From: a virus
DNA length: 64,000 nucleotides
Reading direction: 5' to 3' (one strand)
IMG/VR virus record: IMGVR_UViG_3300048032_000927
Location: 1-64,000 of that record
This document shows positions 35,965-46,357 of the stretch, one piece after another. The notes beneath the pieces were generated by a model. That model did not search any database, was not told the origin of the DNA, and was given only the letters and a program-made list of their open reading frames with translations. Within the stretch, counting starts at the first letter, position 1; every line of letters begins with the position of its first letter. Both the position numbers and the translations under genes were made by a program.

Positions 35965-36676
35965 TTTCTGCGACAAAATTATAACTCACGCCAAATCTAA
36001 TAATCAAGAAGAGGTTTGTGGATTAATTGTTTTAAATCAAGATTTAACTATTTCAGTTGAGCCGATGATCAATGAACATTCAAGCCCAGACAAATGTTTC
36101 TCAATGTCGGCGGCCAAATTCATCAATTTTAAAATAAACAAAACGATATTAGGTGTTTATCATTCTCACCCTAATCACAATGAAGAACCATCAGAGCACG
36201 ATATTAATACTTGTGAAGAATTAGGTATACCTTATTTGATTTACAGCTTAGTTACTGATAAATTTTTTCTTTATTGCCCCGAATCTTATGAGCCTGAAGA
36301 TCTTATAGGAAGACCTTACGTCGAAGGATTCTACGAATGCACCTCTATCTTCCGCGACTACTTTCACCTAAAACTAAACAAAAACATATCAACCTATAAT
36401 AAAAACTACTGGCTACCAAAAGAAGATAAAAAAGCTAATGATTTATTGTACAATGTATTAGATAAGTATTTTAATAAAGTCAGCGACCAAGATATTAAAA
36501 AGCATGATATATTAGTGTTTCAATTAAAAGAATCTAAAAGATGTCATGTCGGGGTCTATTTAGGTAATGATTATTTCATTCATCAGCCATCAAAAGCACT
36601 ATCATGCAATCAAATGCTAGACGAAAGATGGCAAAGCAAAATAAAAGAAACCTACCGCCACCATTCTTTGGTGTAA
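35951..36676 (+). CDS. Lambda gpK-like tail assembly protein (JAB/MPN + NlpC/P60)
   Basis: Probable start ATG 35951. JAMM motif EEVCG...YHSHP...PSEHD. NlpC/P60 motif ECTSIFRDY...HVGVYLG...FIH. Confidence 0.9.
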   Translation: MTSSNFCDKIITHAKSNNQEEVCGLIVLNQDLTISVEPMINEHSSPDKCFSMSAAKFINFKINKTILGVYHSHPNHNEEPSEHDINTCEELGIPYLIYSLVTDKFFLYCPESYEPEDLIGRPYVEGFYECTSIFRDYFHLKLNKNISTYNKNYWLPKEDKKANDLLYNVLDKYFNKVSDQDIKKHDILVFQLKESKRCHVGVYLGNDYFIHQPSKALSCNQMLDERWQSKIKETYRHHSLV

Positions 36677-36693
36677 ATATACAAGGCAAAAGG

Positions 36694-39600
36694 ATGAAAA
36701 AAATTTATTTACATGGAGCTTTAGGTAAGCGTTTTGGCAAAGAGTGGAGCCTTGACGTTAGTTCCGCATCTGAAGCCATATCTGCCCTTTTTGCTAATGA
36801 GCCAAAAATCGCGAAATATATAAACAAAAAATATCAAGAAGGGATATCATATGGAGTAAAAAAAGGCGACAACAAAAATTTTCTACAAAAAGAAGATTAT
36901 ACCTTAAATACAAATAAGGATTTACATGTTTTTCCTGTACCTGAAGGTTCTGCAGATTTTGCTATTAATTTAGCTATTATGGCAGTGACTACTGCTGCAA
37001 GCATGATGATCCAGAAAAAAATGGCAGAGGCTATGAGAAGAGATGATTCTACTTTGGTAGCACAAACTCAGTCATTTATTTATTCCGGTGGAGATAATAG
37101 ATTTCAGCAAGGATCAAACATTCCTGTTGGTTATGGAAGAATGAAAATCGGAAGCAATGTTATATCTTCTTGCGTAGTTAATTATGATTTTAACTCTAAT
37201 AAACAAAAAATATTTAAATTTGAAAACGGAATACCTGGGCTAGTTCCTGCATATCACAAATACTATGACAATTCATTAGGGCCATTAGGCTCTTCTTTCG
37301 ATAATAATACATTTGATGGAAAAAGCAGCTTTAAAAATGCAAGCCCCAAAGCTAAATATATAAAAAGTTTGGAATTTCTGAGCCAACTTGGTTCAAACGA
37401 TGGAATATATGGGTCTTATCCTCCAAGTCAACAAGCTGAGACTAATAAATGGGTAGGTAATGCTTTTGGGGGTTATTATAGTTATAAGGCGAATTTCGCG
37501 AAAGGTATAGATAAGACAAAACTGCCGAATTTTAAAGAAGGGCAATGGTTCCCTAATCCTTTAGGGTCAAATATACAAGGCTTTCCTTATGGTTTAAAGG
37601 AAGATTCTGCAAATAAAAGTTCGTACATATGCACTCAAAGTGTTCCTATTAGAGATGGGCAGTTGGAGGAAAGAATATTTTACCCTATAATATTTAGCGA
37701 AGAAACTATTAAAGATCTAAAAAACGGATCTTATGCAGGAGCTCCTTTCCCTATACAAGTAGGAGAAAGATGGATTGGCGGAAGCAAGGCAAACGGAATT
37801 GGTTGGTTTAAATTAGAATCTACATCGATCTATAAAGCTATAGATCTAATATCTGAGGGGCCTATCGAAGGATTCTGCAATAAAAACGGAACCAGTTTTA
37901 ATTTTGACAAAGAATTTAAATTAAACCCAAACCCTTCTCCGAATGACCCAGACTTTTTAAGAAATGAAAAAGATGATTACCTACAAGGTGTTTTTTTAGA
38001 TGATTTACAAGTAAAAGAAGTAAATTACTCAGCGGGAGAAGATTCTTACAATATAAGCGAATTTGATATTGATTTGGGAATGGATTCTAAGGGGATTATT
38101 GGTGGTGAATCGCAAGGTCTTCTCGATAACCAATATTTATTGACAGCAAATACAAAAGAAATAAATTCACCTCTTTATGGACCAAGAGCTATAAATTACG
38201 CTAATGTAAATTTGTCGTCTATAGAAACCAAGGACTTTATAAAAAATAAAGCGTACTCTAATAATGCAAGGGTAGCGCATTCTCAAAACGGAGAAGAGTA
38301 TACGTATGTTGTAAAAAAATCTTTATCAGATAAGTTAGAGCAAAATAATGAATATAAGGCAGGGGGTGGTGATATATATTACCTAGGTGAAGAAAATCAA
38401 GCAGAGTTTTATACGCCATTAGAAGGATTTAAGAATTTTGAAATATTTAGCGGAGAGGGCGCAAACTATATAGAGGGAGGGCAATCAGAGTATTACGAGC
38501 CAGGGGATTTAATTAAGGGAAGAACATTTGGTGGAGATACTCGTTATTATGAAATGGGTAATAATGCTGATCATTTTTTAGGCGTATTTGATTCATCAAA
38601 AACCTACACAAATCAAGTGGGTAAAATATTAATGCTAGATCAATCTTCAAGCGCAGACATAAATACCATTTCACAAATTGTAAAAATTACAGGTAATTAT
38701 ACTCCTGGTGATACTATATCAAGTTTCACTGAGTCATTGACGGCGGAATACGAAGATGAAAAAGGGGAGGTGCATATAGTGGTCAATGACCCTTGGTTTG
38801 TAGCTACGTACACTCAAACACCAGGAGTACCAAAGAATGTTTTTGGCGCAGAAATCGACATAACTCCAAGCTCCCCTAAATCTCAGGAATTAAATTTATG
38901 GGAAAAAATAATCATTAATGATCCGAAAAATATCACTAATGAAAATGGAGAAGACAAAAAAAACTTAAATTTATTTCAAAAACTAGAAAAAGGCGTAAAA
39001 ACAAATGCAATTGATCCAGCTGAAGAGAATTTTATAGCGCATAAAATTATCAATTTAAATGTAGAAGAAGTTTTTGTTAGCCTACAAATAGATGAGTTAT
39101 CTTACATATATGAGGGTGATTTTCTGGAGGCTGAATATAAATTAGGTGAAATGATGGGTGCAATAATGGGCGGATTAGTTGGGCTAGGTATAGCCGGATC
39201 AGTACAGAACCCTTTTGACTCAATTAGTGGGGCTGCATTTATGGGGCTAAGTGCATTGCTTGGGGCTATAGTTGGTTTTGTAGGTGCAAAATCTGCTAAA
39301 TTTAGCATAGGCACTAAAATGGAGAATAGTGGAGAAATTTGGCCCAATAGAGCTAAGTTTAGAATTAAATATGGCAATGAGGGTGAAGCTCTCTATTCTA
39401 CTGATGTTTATATTTATGGAATAGCAACTTCCGCGTACAGAAAAGACATTAAGGTGTATTTACCGAAAAACCCTCACCAAAAGGACCGAGAAATAAAAGT
39501 GTATAAACTAAATAGAGAAAGGAACTTTGTTAAAGAAGGTGAAATGTCAGCAAGGTATAAAGAACGATTCTCTTTAGCTAGCATTACCGAAGTATCTCAT

Positions 39601-41856
39601 GTTAATTTAAGTTATCCAAATTCGGTAATTATAGGCACTAGAATAAATGCAAGAGATTACTCTAAGATGCCAACGAGAACTTTTCATTTGAAGCTCAAGA
39701 AAGTCGCGATTCCATCTAATTACGATCCTGTTACAAGAAAATATTCTGGTAATTGGGATGGACTTTTTAAGGGGCAAAAAAATAAAAATGATTCTATACC
39801 AGAGAGCGCGTTACACTGGACAGATAACCCAGCTTGGTGTCTTTATGATTTGATATCAAATAAAAGATACGGGGTTGGTAAATTTGGAATTAAGCCCGAA
39901 CATGTTGATCGGTGGACATTATATAGGATAGCAAAATATTGTGATGATTATGTTCCCACTGGATATAGCCCCAAATATACAAAAAGATCTTTTAATGCAA
40001 ACGGATCAAAAGCAATTAAGATTGATGGTGGCGCCAACTATGACTCAGTTGACTTTAGTGGGGAATTTAATTATCCGGGAAAAAAGATAGCCATTTTTTA
40101 CGAAGACAATACATACGAATCAATTACTATTGATAATGTGGATTCTTCCGAAAAAATTGTATATCTAGAAAATGATCCCGTTCAAAAATCAGGAGCCTGC
40201 GCTGTCTCGATAGACTATCCAATCGTGGAGCCAAGATACACTATGAACGCATTCATCATGGATCAGCAAAATGCATTTAAATTGATTAATGAATTCGCAT
40301 CTATATTTAGAGCATTTGCTTATTGGTCTGGTGGAGCAATTAACTTCTTTCAGGATGAAAAAAGAGATTCTGTAATGTTATTTACGAATAACAATATTTC
40401 TGATCAAGGATTTAGTTACTCTAGCACCCCAAAAACAAGTCGAACTAACGCTTGTAAAATAAAATACTTAGACAGGTACAATATGTATCGACCTAAAATA
40501 GAGTACTCAGAAGATAAAGAAGCAATAAAAGACAACAATATTATAGAGCAAACAGTTGACGGTTTTGGAATTACTTCTCAAGCGCAAGCAAAAAGAGCTG
40601 CCGACTTTGTCGTTAAAACCGCAAACTCAGAAACAGAACTCATATCTTTTGATACTAGCTCGATTGGATCTTATTTAAAACCGGGCGATATAGTAGAAGT
40701 TTTAGATCAAAAAAGAAATTTAGGTAAATTTTCAGGAAAAGTATTAAATTTAAACATAGCTGATGACGGTAAATCTGCAGAAATAGATATAGATTATCCA
40801 ATTAGAACTATCATAGATCCATTAAACAAAGAAACATGGAAAAAAATAACCTTATACCTGCCAGAACAAAACCAAAGCATATCATCGTTAGACGAAGCCG
40901 GACAAGTAACCGATCAGGATATATTAAATATAAGAGCGCCCCAAATTCAAGAATATCTAATATCTGAGATAACTGAAAATGATACAAAACTAATACTCAC
41001 AAATAATACTTACAGTTACATCGATGGAGAATTCACATGGACAAAAGCAATAAGTAATGCTAAAGAGAGAGGTGGCATACTCGCAACCATAGAGAATGAG
41101 CAAGATCAAAAATTCGCTAATTTTGTATTGCCGCAAAATAAAAAAGCCTGGATAGCTGGTTTTAAAAATGATAACAATGAATATGCTTGGTTCAATTCAG
41201 AGGCATGCGAAGATGGAGGATCCGCTTTAAATTATCAAAACTGGGCAAGCGGGCAACCTGATACCAGTGAAGATTACATATATATACAAGGTTCCACTGA
41301 TAATTCTCATGGAAATTGGCTAACAGATAATCATGCAGATTTAAAAGGTTATATTTTAGATAAACCAAGTGATAGTCCACTATTTGATTTAAGGGATTCT
41401 GAAGGGGTTTCTTTCATAATGGAAGATAATGTTCATTTCGCGAATAAGAAAAAATACAAGATATTGAGTATCGAAGAATCAGGACAGGGAACTTTCAAGG
41501 TTCAAGGATTAGAATATGACGAAGAAAAGTTTGATAATATAGAGAAAGATATATCGATTAAGCCTCCAGAGTCACCAGTGATATTTACAGAACAGCCATT
41601 AGACGCGCCATCTAATGTAACATTGCAAATTCTAAGTGAAGATGTAGATCAAGAAGTTTCTTATGGATTAAGAGCGATATGGGATGAAGTCGCAGGCGCA
41701 GTTAGCTATAGAGTTCAGTTCTTTAGTGGTAATGTTTTATTGGCAAGTTTTGAGATACCAAGCAAAAACCAATCGTCTATGCAATATGATTTCAGGGACC
41801 CAAGGATTACAGAAAATGGATCTTACTACGCCAGAATATATACAAGAGGAAGATAA
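36694..41856 (+). CDS. Fused lambda gpI-like/gpJ-like central tail tip protein with C-type lectin and FN3 domains
   Basis: Start ATG 36694 (AAGG upstream). gpI motifs: KIYLHGALGKRFG, SASEAISAL, IPVGYGRMKIGSNVIS. gpJ motifs: IDLISEGPIEG, WTDNPAWCLYDL...RYGVG, EPRY. C-type lectin at about 41011-41361 and a terminal FN3. Confidence 0.85.
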   Translation: MKKIYLHGALGKRFGKEWSLDVSSASEAISALFANEPKIAKYINKKYQEGISYGVKKGDNKNFLQKEDYTLNTNKDLHVFPVPEGSADFAINLAIMAVTTAASMMIQKKMAEAMRRDDSTLVAQTQSFIYSGGDNRFQQGSNIPVGYGRMKIGSNVISSCVVNYDFNSNKQKIFKFENGIPGLVPAYHKYYDNSLGPLGSSFDNNTFDGKSSFKNASPKAKYIKSLEFLSQLGSNDGIYGSYPPSQQAETNKWVGNAFGGYYSYKANFAKGIDKTKLPNFKEGQWFPNPLGSNIQGFPYGLKEDSANKSSYICTQSVPIRDGQLEERIFYPIIFSEETIKDLKNGSYAGAPFPIQVGERWIGGSKANGIGWFKLESTSIYKAIDLISEGPIEGFCNKNGTSFNFDKEFKLNPNPSPNDPDFLRNEKDDYLQGVFLDDLQVKEVNYSAGEDSYNISEFDIDLGMDSKGIIGGESQGLLDNQYLLTANTKEINSPLYGPRAINYANVNLSSIETKDFIKNKAYSNNARVAHSQNGEEYTYVVKKSLSDKLEQNNEYKAGGGDIYYLGEENQAEFYTPLEGFKNFEIFSGEGANYIEGGQSEYYEPGDLIKGRTFGGDTRYYEMGNNADHFLGVFDSSKTYTNQVGKILMLDQSSSADINTISQIVKITGNYTPGDTISSFTESLTAEYEDEKGEVHIVVNDPWFVATYTQTPGVPKNVFGAEIDITPSSPKSQELNLWEKIIINDPKNITNENGEDKKNLNLFQKLEKGVKTNAIDPAEENFIAHKIINLNVEEVFVSLQIDELSYIYEGDFLEAEYKLGEMMGAIMGGLVGLGIAGSVQNPFDSISGAAFMGLSALLGAIVGFVGAKSAKFSIGTKMENSGEIWPNRAKFRIKYGNEGEALYSTDVYIYGIATSAYRKDIKVYLPKNPHQKDREIKVYKLNRERNFVKEGEMSARYKERFSLASITEVSHVNLSYPNSVIIGTRINARDYSKMPTRTFHLKLKKVAIPSNYDPVTRKYSGNWDGLFKGQKNKNDSIPESALHWTDNPAWCLYDLISNKRYGVGKFGIKPEHVDRWTLYRIAKYCDDYVPTGYSPKYTKRSFNANGSKAIKIDGGANYDSVDFSGEFNYPGKKIAIFYEDNTYESITIDNVDSSEKIVYLENDPVQKSGACAVSIDYPIVEPRYTMNAFIMDQQNAFKLINEFASIFRAFAYWSGGAINFFQDEKRDSVMLFTNNNISDQGFSYSSTPKTSRTNACKIKYLDRYNMYRPKIEYSEDKEAIKDNNIIEQTVDGFGITSQAQAKRAADFVVKTANSETELISFDTSSIGSYLKPGDIVEVLDQKRNLGKFSGKVLNLNIADDGKSAEIDIDYPIRTIIDPLNKETWKKITLYLPEQNQSISSLDEAGQVTDQDILNIRAPQIQEYLISEITENDTKLILTNNTYSYIDGEFTWTKAISNAKERGGILATIENEQDQKFANFVLPQNKKAWIAGFKNDNNEYAWFNSEACEDGGSALNYQNWASGQPDTSEDYIYIQGSTDNSHGNWLTDNHADLKGYILDKPSDSPLFDLRDSEGVSFIMEDNVHFANKKKYKILSIEESGQGTFKVQGLEYDEEKFDNIEKDISIKPPESPVIFTEQPLDAPSNVTLQILSEDVDQEVSYGLRAIWDEVAGAVSYRVQFFSGNVLLASFEIPSKNQSSMQYDFRDPRITENGSYYARIYTRGR

Positions 41857-44420
41857 TGTCGTTTTCAGATTCACAACCAGTAAAAATAGCTTTATCTAAT
41901 CCTGTAGATAAGTTCGGGAAAACATATCAGATTTCTAATATATTTTTAGCTGATTCTTCTTATGAACAAGAAATTAATAATGTACCTGAAGCTTATACTT
42001 TATTATCCAATTTTCATCAAAATTTAGATGGCAGGCAAATTAATTTAAAGTGGGAGATAATCGACCCACGAGATGGACACACGATAAAAACAACAGAAGA
42101 AGTATCAAAAAACCCATATATTAGTGGTTTAGATATTACTGTTTACCAAAACTCAGGAGAACTTCGCGGAAAAGATGTTATAAACAACAGAACTAAGGTA
42201 TTTGAAACAGGAGTAAAAGATGTTAAGTTCAATTATTCTATTCCTGAAGATACTGATATTAGAAATTATTCTGTTGATGTTAAATTGACTGATGTTTTTC
42301 AGAATCAAAACAATGGATTATTTACAACAAGGAATCTAGAGCCAGATTTTGATATTTATAGTACCTCTTTTAATAGTGGATTTTATGAAATAGGTTACAG
42401 CGGGAGAATAGATACCAATAATAATGACATATCCAATGGGTTAGAATATATCAAGGTATACAATTTTACAGGATTAAATAGTGGTACAAGCGGAATTTTT
42501 TCTCAAGATCAAGATTTCTTAGATACAAGCGTAAATTATGTAACGGGTGAATACGGCTCAGCAAGAATAGAGTTATCACCTGGAGATAATAATTATGTAA
42601 TGGTTCTTGGTGTAGATGGATTTGGCACGGGGCATCATAAAGGGATTTATACATACAGGCAATACGTCACAGGAGAGGGTTTTAGTGGGATCAGCGGAAA
42701 TGCAGAAGAACCTAGGTTACTAAGATATGATCCTGAAGTCACTAACCTACAAGACGAAAGAATATCTGGTGGCGACGCATTATATTTTTCTTTTGATGGT
42801 AACTACAATACAGGAAGTAGTTTGCTGAAAACCTGCTATGGCATAAGTGGAACAGGCGCAAGCTCGCGAGCTGTACGAGGGTACAATGATCCTATATTTT
42901 TAGCTAGCGGAATATTCTATGGAGAAGATGATGGTTATGGAATACCAAATACTGGGCAAGAATTACTCTATGACAATTCATTATATTGGCAAAGTGGATT
43001 TTATACTGGAGAGTTTTACCAAGACGCTACCGTTAGTGGTGTAGATTTTACTGGCTCCGGGACTTTTGGCAGTGGGGCTGGATATCTATGGCTCGCAGAT
43101 TGCCCTAAGTATAGTGGTTATGAGTTCGTAACGGGAGATTCTTTTGAGGGAGGTATTTTTCATTATGGATACTATAATCCTGATGCTCAAGGGTTTGGGT
43201 GCGCATCAAGGAAAGAAGCTTTATCAGGAACTTATGAAATCAGTGGAATATATTCAATGCCTGTAAATGAGCCTAATAGCTATGAAATTGAATATCACAC
43301 TGGACCTAGGTTTAACAAAACATACGAACAGGCAGCTTCTTATTTAAACGCAATAGGTAAAATGCCTGCAGTTATACTCAATCAATCTCAATTAAGCAAA
43401 ATCCAAAGCATGAACGCAGGAAAAGGATGGGTGGGGTTGAGAAGAAAAAAAGTAGGAGTATTACAAAATGTATTCTCTGAAGAATTTATAAATCAAGCGT
43501 TTTTTAATGGCACAGAATTTACCGAGGAAGAAAGTCGTCCAGTACAGGCAGTTAATTCGTTAAATCAACTTGAAACCTCAATGATCGTAATTAATGACGT
43601 AGGAGATCATTGGGCGTGGGTAAACAGTAGTGGAACTCATATATATAAATACGCAGGATCAGGTTACGAAAAAATACGAGAAGCAAGCCTATCAATAGAC
43701 ATCACAAGAAACAGAGATGATCAAGTTTTGTTTAGCACTGGGTATACCGGAAACATTAAACCAATAGGGTTTAATGAAATAACTTTTGAGCTTAGTGAAG
43801 GAATTATCAATTTTGAATATAATTTTGTTGATAATTATTATCAGGATCAGCCAGAAAGTGAGCTTTACCAAGAAAACTACAACATAGTAGGATTGGATTT
43901 ATTCACTGGATACGAGCCTAACTTTGTGGCTAACGAGAATAGTTTCATGGATAGATATGATATCCAATATAATGACGCTATTGAGCCTAGCGGGATAATC
44001 GTAGATACCACTAAAATGCAGACAGGTATATCTGTAGATTTTAGTCAAACATTGACTAGGCCGCCAAGTTATTATAAAATGCTTCCTTACGATACAGTTG
44101 GGTCTGGAGTATTAGCTGATGCTAATGAAAAAGCTGGAGGCATAGAAATAAAACCAGCAATAACAGATCAAGTATCAATACTAAGTTTAGATAGTGCAAA
44201 ACAATCAAATTCTAATTGCGTAAATCTTGAATTTCAATATAATCATTTAACCCCGCCAATTGTTACTTTTGGATTAAGTTATACAGGTACTAAAGATGCA
44301 ATGTCTTATTTAGGAGCAATGATTAAAGGAACTCCAACTGTTTCAAATGTAGAATTTATACTAACAGAAGTTCCGCCTGACACAGGCTACTGCTTGTATG
44401 TGCATAGCTCTAATAGCTAA
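41856..44420 (+). CDS. Tail fibre/tail-associated protein, [S/T]G-rich, with degenerate C-type lectin-like segment
   Basis: 854 aa, coupled to gpJ. KTYEQAASYL...PAVI...GWVGLRR...WAWVNS resembles a C-type lectin domain. Confidence 0.55.
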   Translation: MSFSDSQPVKIALSNPVDKFGKTYQISNIFLADSSYEQEINNVPEAYTLLSNFHQNLDGRQINLKWEIIDPRDGHTIKTTEEVSKNPYISGLDITVYQNSGELRGKDVINNRTKVFETGVKDVKFNYSIPEDTDIRNYSVDVKLTDVFQNQNNGLFTTRNLEPDFDIYSTSFNSGFYEIGYSGRIDTNNNDISNGLEYIKVYNFTGLNSGTSGIFSQDQDFLDTSVNYVTGEYGSARIELSPGDNNYVMVLGVDGFGTGHHKGIYTYRQYVTGEGFSGISGNAEEPRLLRYDPEVTNLQDERISGGDALYFSFDGNYNTGSSLLKTCYGISGTGASSRAVRGYNDPIFLASGIFYGEDDGYGIPNTGQELLYDNSLYWQSGFYTGEFYQDATVSGVDFTGSGTFGSGAGYLWLADCPKYSGYEFVTGDSFEGGIFHYGYYNPDAQGFGCASRKEALSGTYEISGIYSMPVNEPNSYEIEYHTGPRFNKTYEQAASYLNAIGKMPAVILNQSQLSKIQSMNAGKGWVGLRRKKVGVLQNVFSEEFINQAFFNGTEFTEEESRPVQAVNSLNQLETSMIVINDVGDHWAWVNSSGTHIYKYAGSGYEKIREASLSIDITRNRDDQVLFSTGYTGNIKPIGFNEITFELSEGIINFEYNFVDNYYQDQPESELYQENYNIVGLDLFTGYEPNFVANENSFMDRYDIQYNDAIEPSGIIVDTTKMQTGISVDFSQTLTRPPSYYKMLPYDTVGSGVLADANEKAGGIEIKPAITDQVSILSLDSAKQSNSNCVNLEFQYNHLTPPIVTFGLSYTGTKDAMSYLGAMIKGTPTVSNVEFILTEVPPDTGYCLYVHSSNS

Positions 44421-45195
44421 TTAATCCTAGCATAACCCTTGTTTCTTTCGGCGGAATATCATCCCAAGTTTCAGCGTTTTTAATCGCTTCATTTTGGTAG
44501 ATTCCTTCGATTTTATCTTGCCACCAAACTTTTATATGATTTTTTCTAAATTCTTCAAAAGAATCGCAGTCTAGAACCTCTTTAGCTTTATTTTGTAATA
44601 ATGATGTTGGGCTCAATGGATTGCCTTTTGATTTAGACTTAGGCGCAATAGATTGGGATGAATCAGATTTATCAATTTCATCGTCACCAACAATATGCAC
44701 TTGTAGGAAATTCCTGACACATCTTACAAAAGCTCTATTGCATGCTATTGTTTCAAGGAACTTAGTTGCAAAGCTGCTGGTATTATTTAATGTAGCATTA
44801 GCCATGTCTTGAAAAACAACAGGTTCTCCGAATGTTTCGTAATTTGGTAGGAACTTCATTTGACAAGTTACAGCCACATGATCTTCTTCACATTTTATAA
44901 CATCATAAGATACATCGGAGAACCCTCTTAGTTTGGCTAGTTCTTTAATGCCGCTAAGTTTTATAAGCAGTTGATGATCCGCTAATCCTTCTATTGATCT
45001 AGGAGTGTCTTTACCTCTCATTTGGAACCAGCTTCTATTAGGAAAAAGATGCTCTTCTCCTACCATGGCCCTCCAGTTTATTGATCCATCTTCATTGAAT
45101 TCATATTCAACGTTTTTAAGTAAACCATTCTCATCCCTTACGAAAAGATTGGGGCCAGTTGAATTATCTATTTCAGTCTTTTTTGTCTTCGGCAT
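44410..45195 (-). CDS. Hypothetical protein, possible single-strand annealing protein (Rad52/RecT-like fold)
   Basis: LIKLSGIKELA...VAVTCQM...ANAT...LETIACNRAFVRCVRNFL...DEI resembles the annealase core pattern. Same operon as ssb. Confidence 0.4.
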   Translation of the reverse strand: MPKTKKTEIDNSTGPNLFVRDENGLLKNVEYEFNEDGSINWRAMVGEEHLFPNRSWFQMRGKDTPRSIEGLADHQLLIKLSGIKELAKLRGFSDVSYDVIKCEEDHVAVTCQMKFLPNYETFGEPVVFQDMANATLNNTSSFATKFLETIACNRAFVRCVRNFLQVHIVGDDEIDKSDSSQSIAPKSKSKGNPLSPTSLLQNKAKEVLDCDSFEEFRKNHIKVWWQDKIEGIYQNEAIKNAETWDDIPPKETRVMLGLISY

Positions 45196-46357
45196 AATTG
45201 TATATGTTTAAGTGTTCTACTTCTTCCCAAAATTCATCTGAATCTATAGCTTTTTGATGGTCTTCTGTTTTTTCTATTCCTGATTTCCATGCTGCTTTGC
45301 TGTAGTATTCTTTATTATTTGAGATCAATGTTTTATTACTATGATAGAACGTATTATCACACAATTCCGAAATAAAGTCAAGATCTTTTTTATTAGGGGT
45401 AGAATACTCTTCGACAACTAAATCAAAGAACTCCATTCTAATATCTGAAATTAGATCTTTATATTTACAAATTAAATTATATTTTAAACCTATTTGTGTT
45501 AAAAAGTCTAGGTAATCTTTTTTGATTGTGCCTTTATCCATGAATATTGTCATTCCTGCAATGTTTTTTCTGTTTTCATAGATAACGTTGGGATCAATTT
45601 TGTCGTCAATCATGAGGTTGACTTTATATTTCATCCAATGCTCAAGAGACTCAGGAAGAAGCTCGTAATCGCATCTGAGATTGATAACGGTTTCAGGCTT
45701 AAAGTCAGCGGCTGGAACAAAGTCAGGCACAACTTCTGTAACTTTATTATTATAATATTTGCCGATGTTTATTGTTTCATAAGAGTCTAGATTAAAATCA
45801 ATATTTAAAACAGACAAAATGTATTTAGCTATATCTTCTGGCGCAATTTCATTGATTCTTTTAATTGCCTCATTAGGATTAAACGAAGGCTTAATTTCAG
45901 AAAAGTCCGGGGTTAGCTTTATAGACTTGGATTGTTTATTCCAAACTTGCGCCGAACATTCAGGGTAAGAGTTTCCGTATAGAATGATTGAGTTGATATC
46001 AAAAGCGCTTGCGATGTGAGATATAAAAGTGTCTGGGCCAAAGTGCAACTTAGAATTTTTAATTATATATGCCATTTGTTTTAGGCTAACCCCTAATATA
46101 GAGCAGTCAACACATTTCAAAGGTAAATCTTCTGCACCCCCAACCTGTACAACATCAATATTATTTTCTTTTAATTTATGTCTTATAAGTTCAAAAACAA
46201 TAACCCAATGATCATAATTTTTAGATGTAAACTTTTTGTTATCAGTATTGATTGTGATATAATTGTCACTCGGTACAGGATAGAAGTGTTCAGATATAAC
46301 TGGTTGCCCTATTTTTACTCCTAGGCATTTGGCGTATTCTTCGATAGCGTGACTCAT
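45173..46357 (-). CDS. Glycosyltransferase family 9-like protein (C-terminal half of GT9 plus extra domain)
   Basis: SKNYDHW...VVQVGG...SLKQMAYIIKNSKLHFGPDTFISHIASAFDINSIILYG is the heptosyltransferase-family C-domain signature. Confidence 0.7.
   Translation of the reverse strand: MSHAIEEYAKCLGVKIGQPVISEHFYPVPSDNYITINTDNKKFTSKNYDHWVIVFELIRHKLKENNIDVVQVGGAEDLPLKCVDCSILGVSLKQMAYIIKNSKLHFGPDTFISHIASAFDINSIILYGNSYPECSAQVWNKQSKSIKLTPDFSEIKPSFNPNEAIKRINEIAPEDIAKYILSVLNIDFNLDSYETINIGKYYNNKVTEVVPDFVPAADFKPETVINLRCDYELLPESLEHWMKYKVNLMIDDKIDPNVIYENRKNIAGMTIFMDKGTIKKDYLDFLTQIGLKYNLICKYKDLISDIRMEFFDLVVEEYSTPNKKDLDFISELCDNTFYHSNKTLISNNKEYYSKAAWKSGIEKTEDHQKAIDSDEFWEEVEHLNIYNYAEDKKD

Noticed and set aside
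41011-43650. Diversity-generating retroelement targeting the C-type lectin domains
   Set aside because: No reverse transcriptase and no template/variable repeat pair differing at adenines were seen in the window, and the lectin domains are internal.
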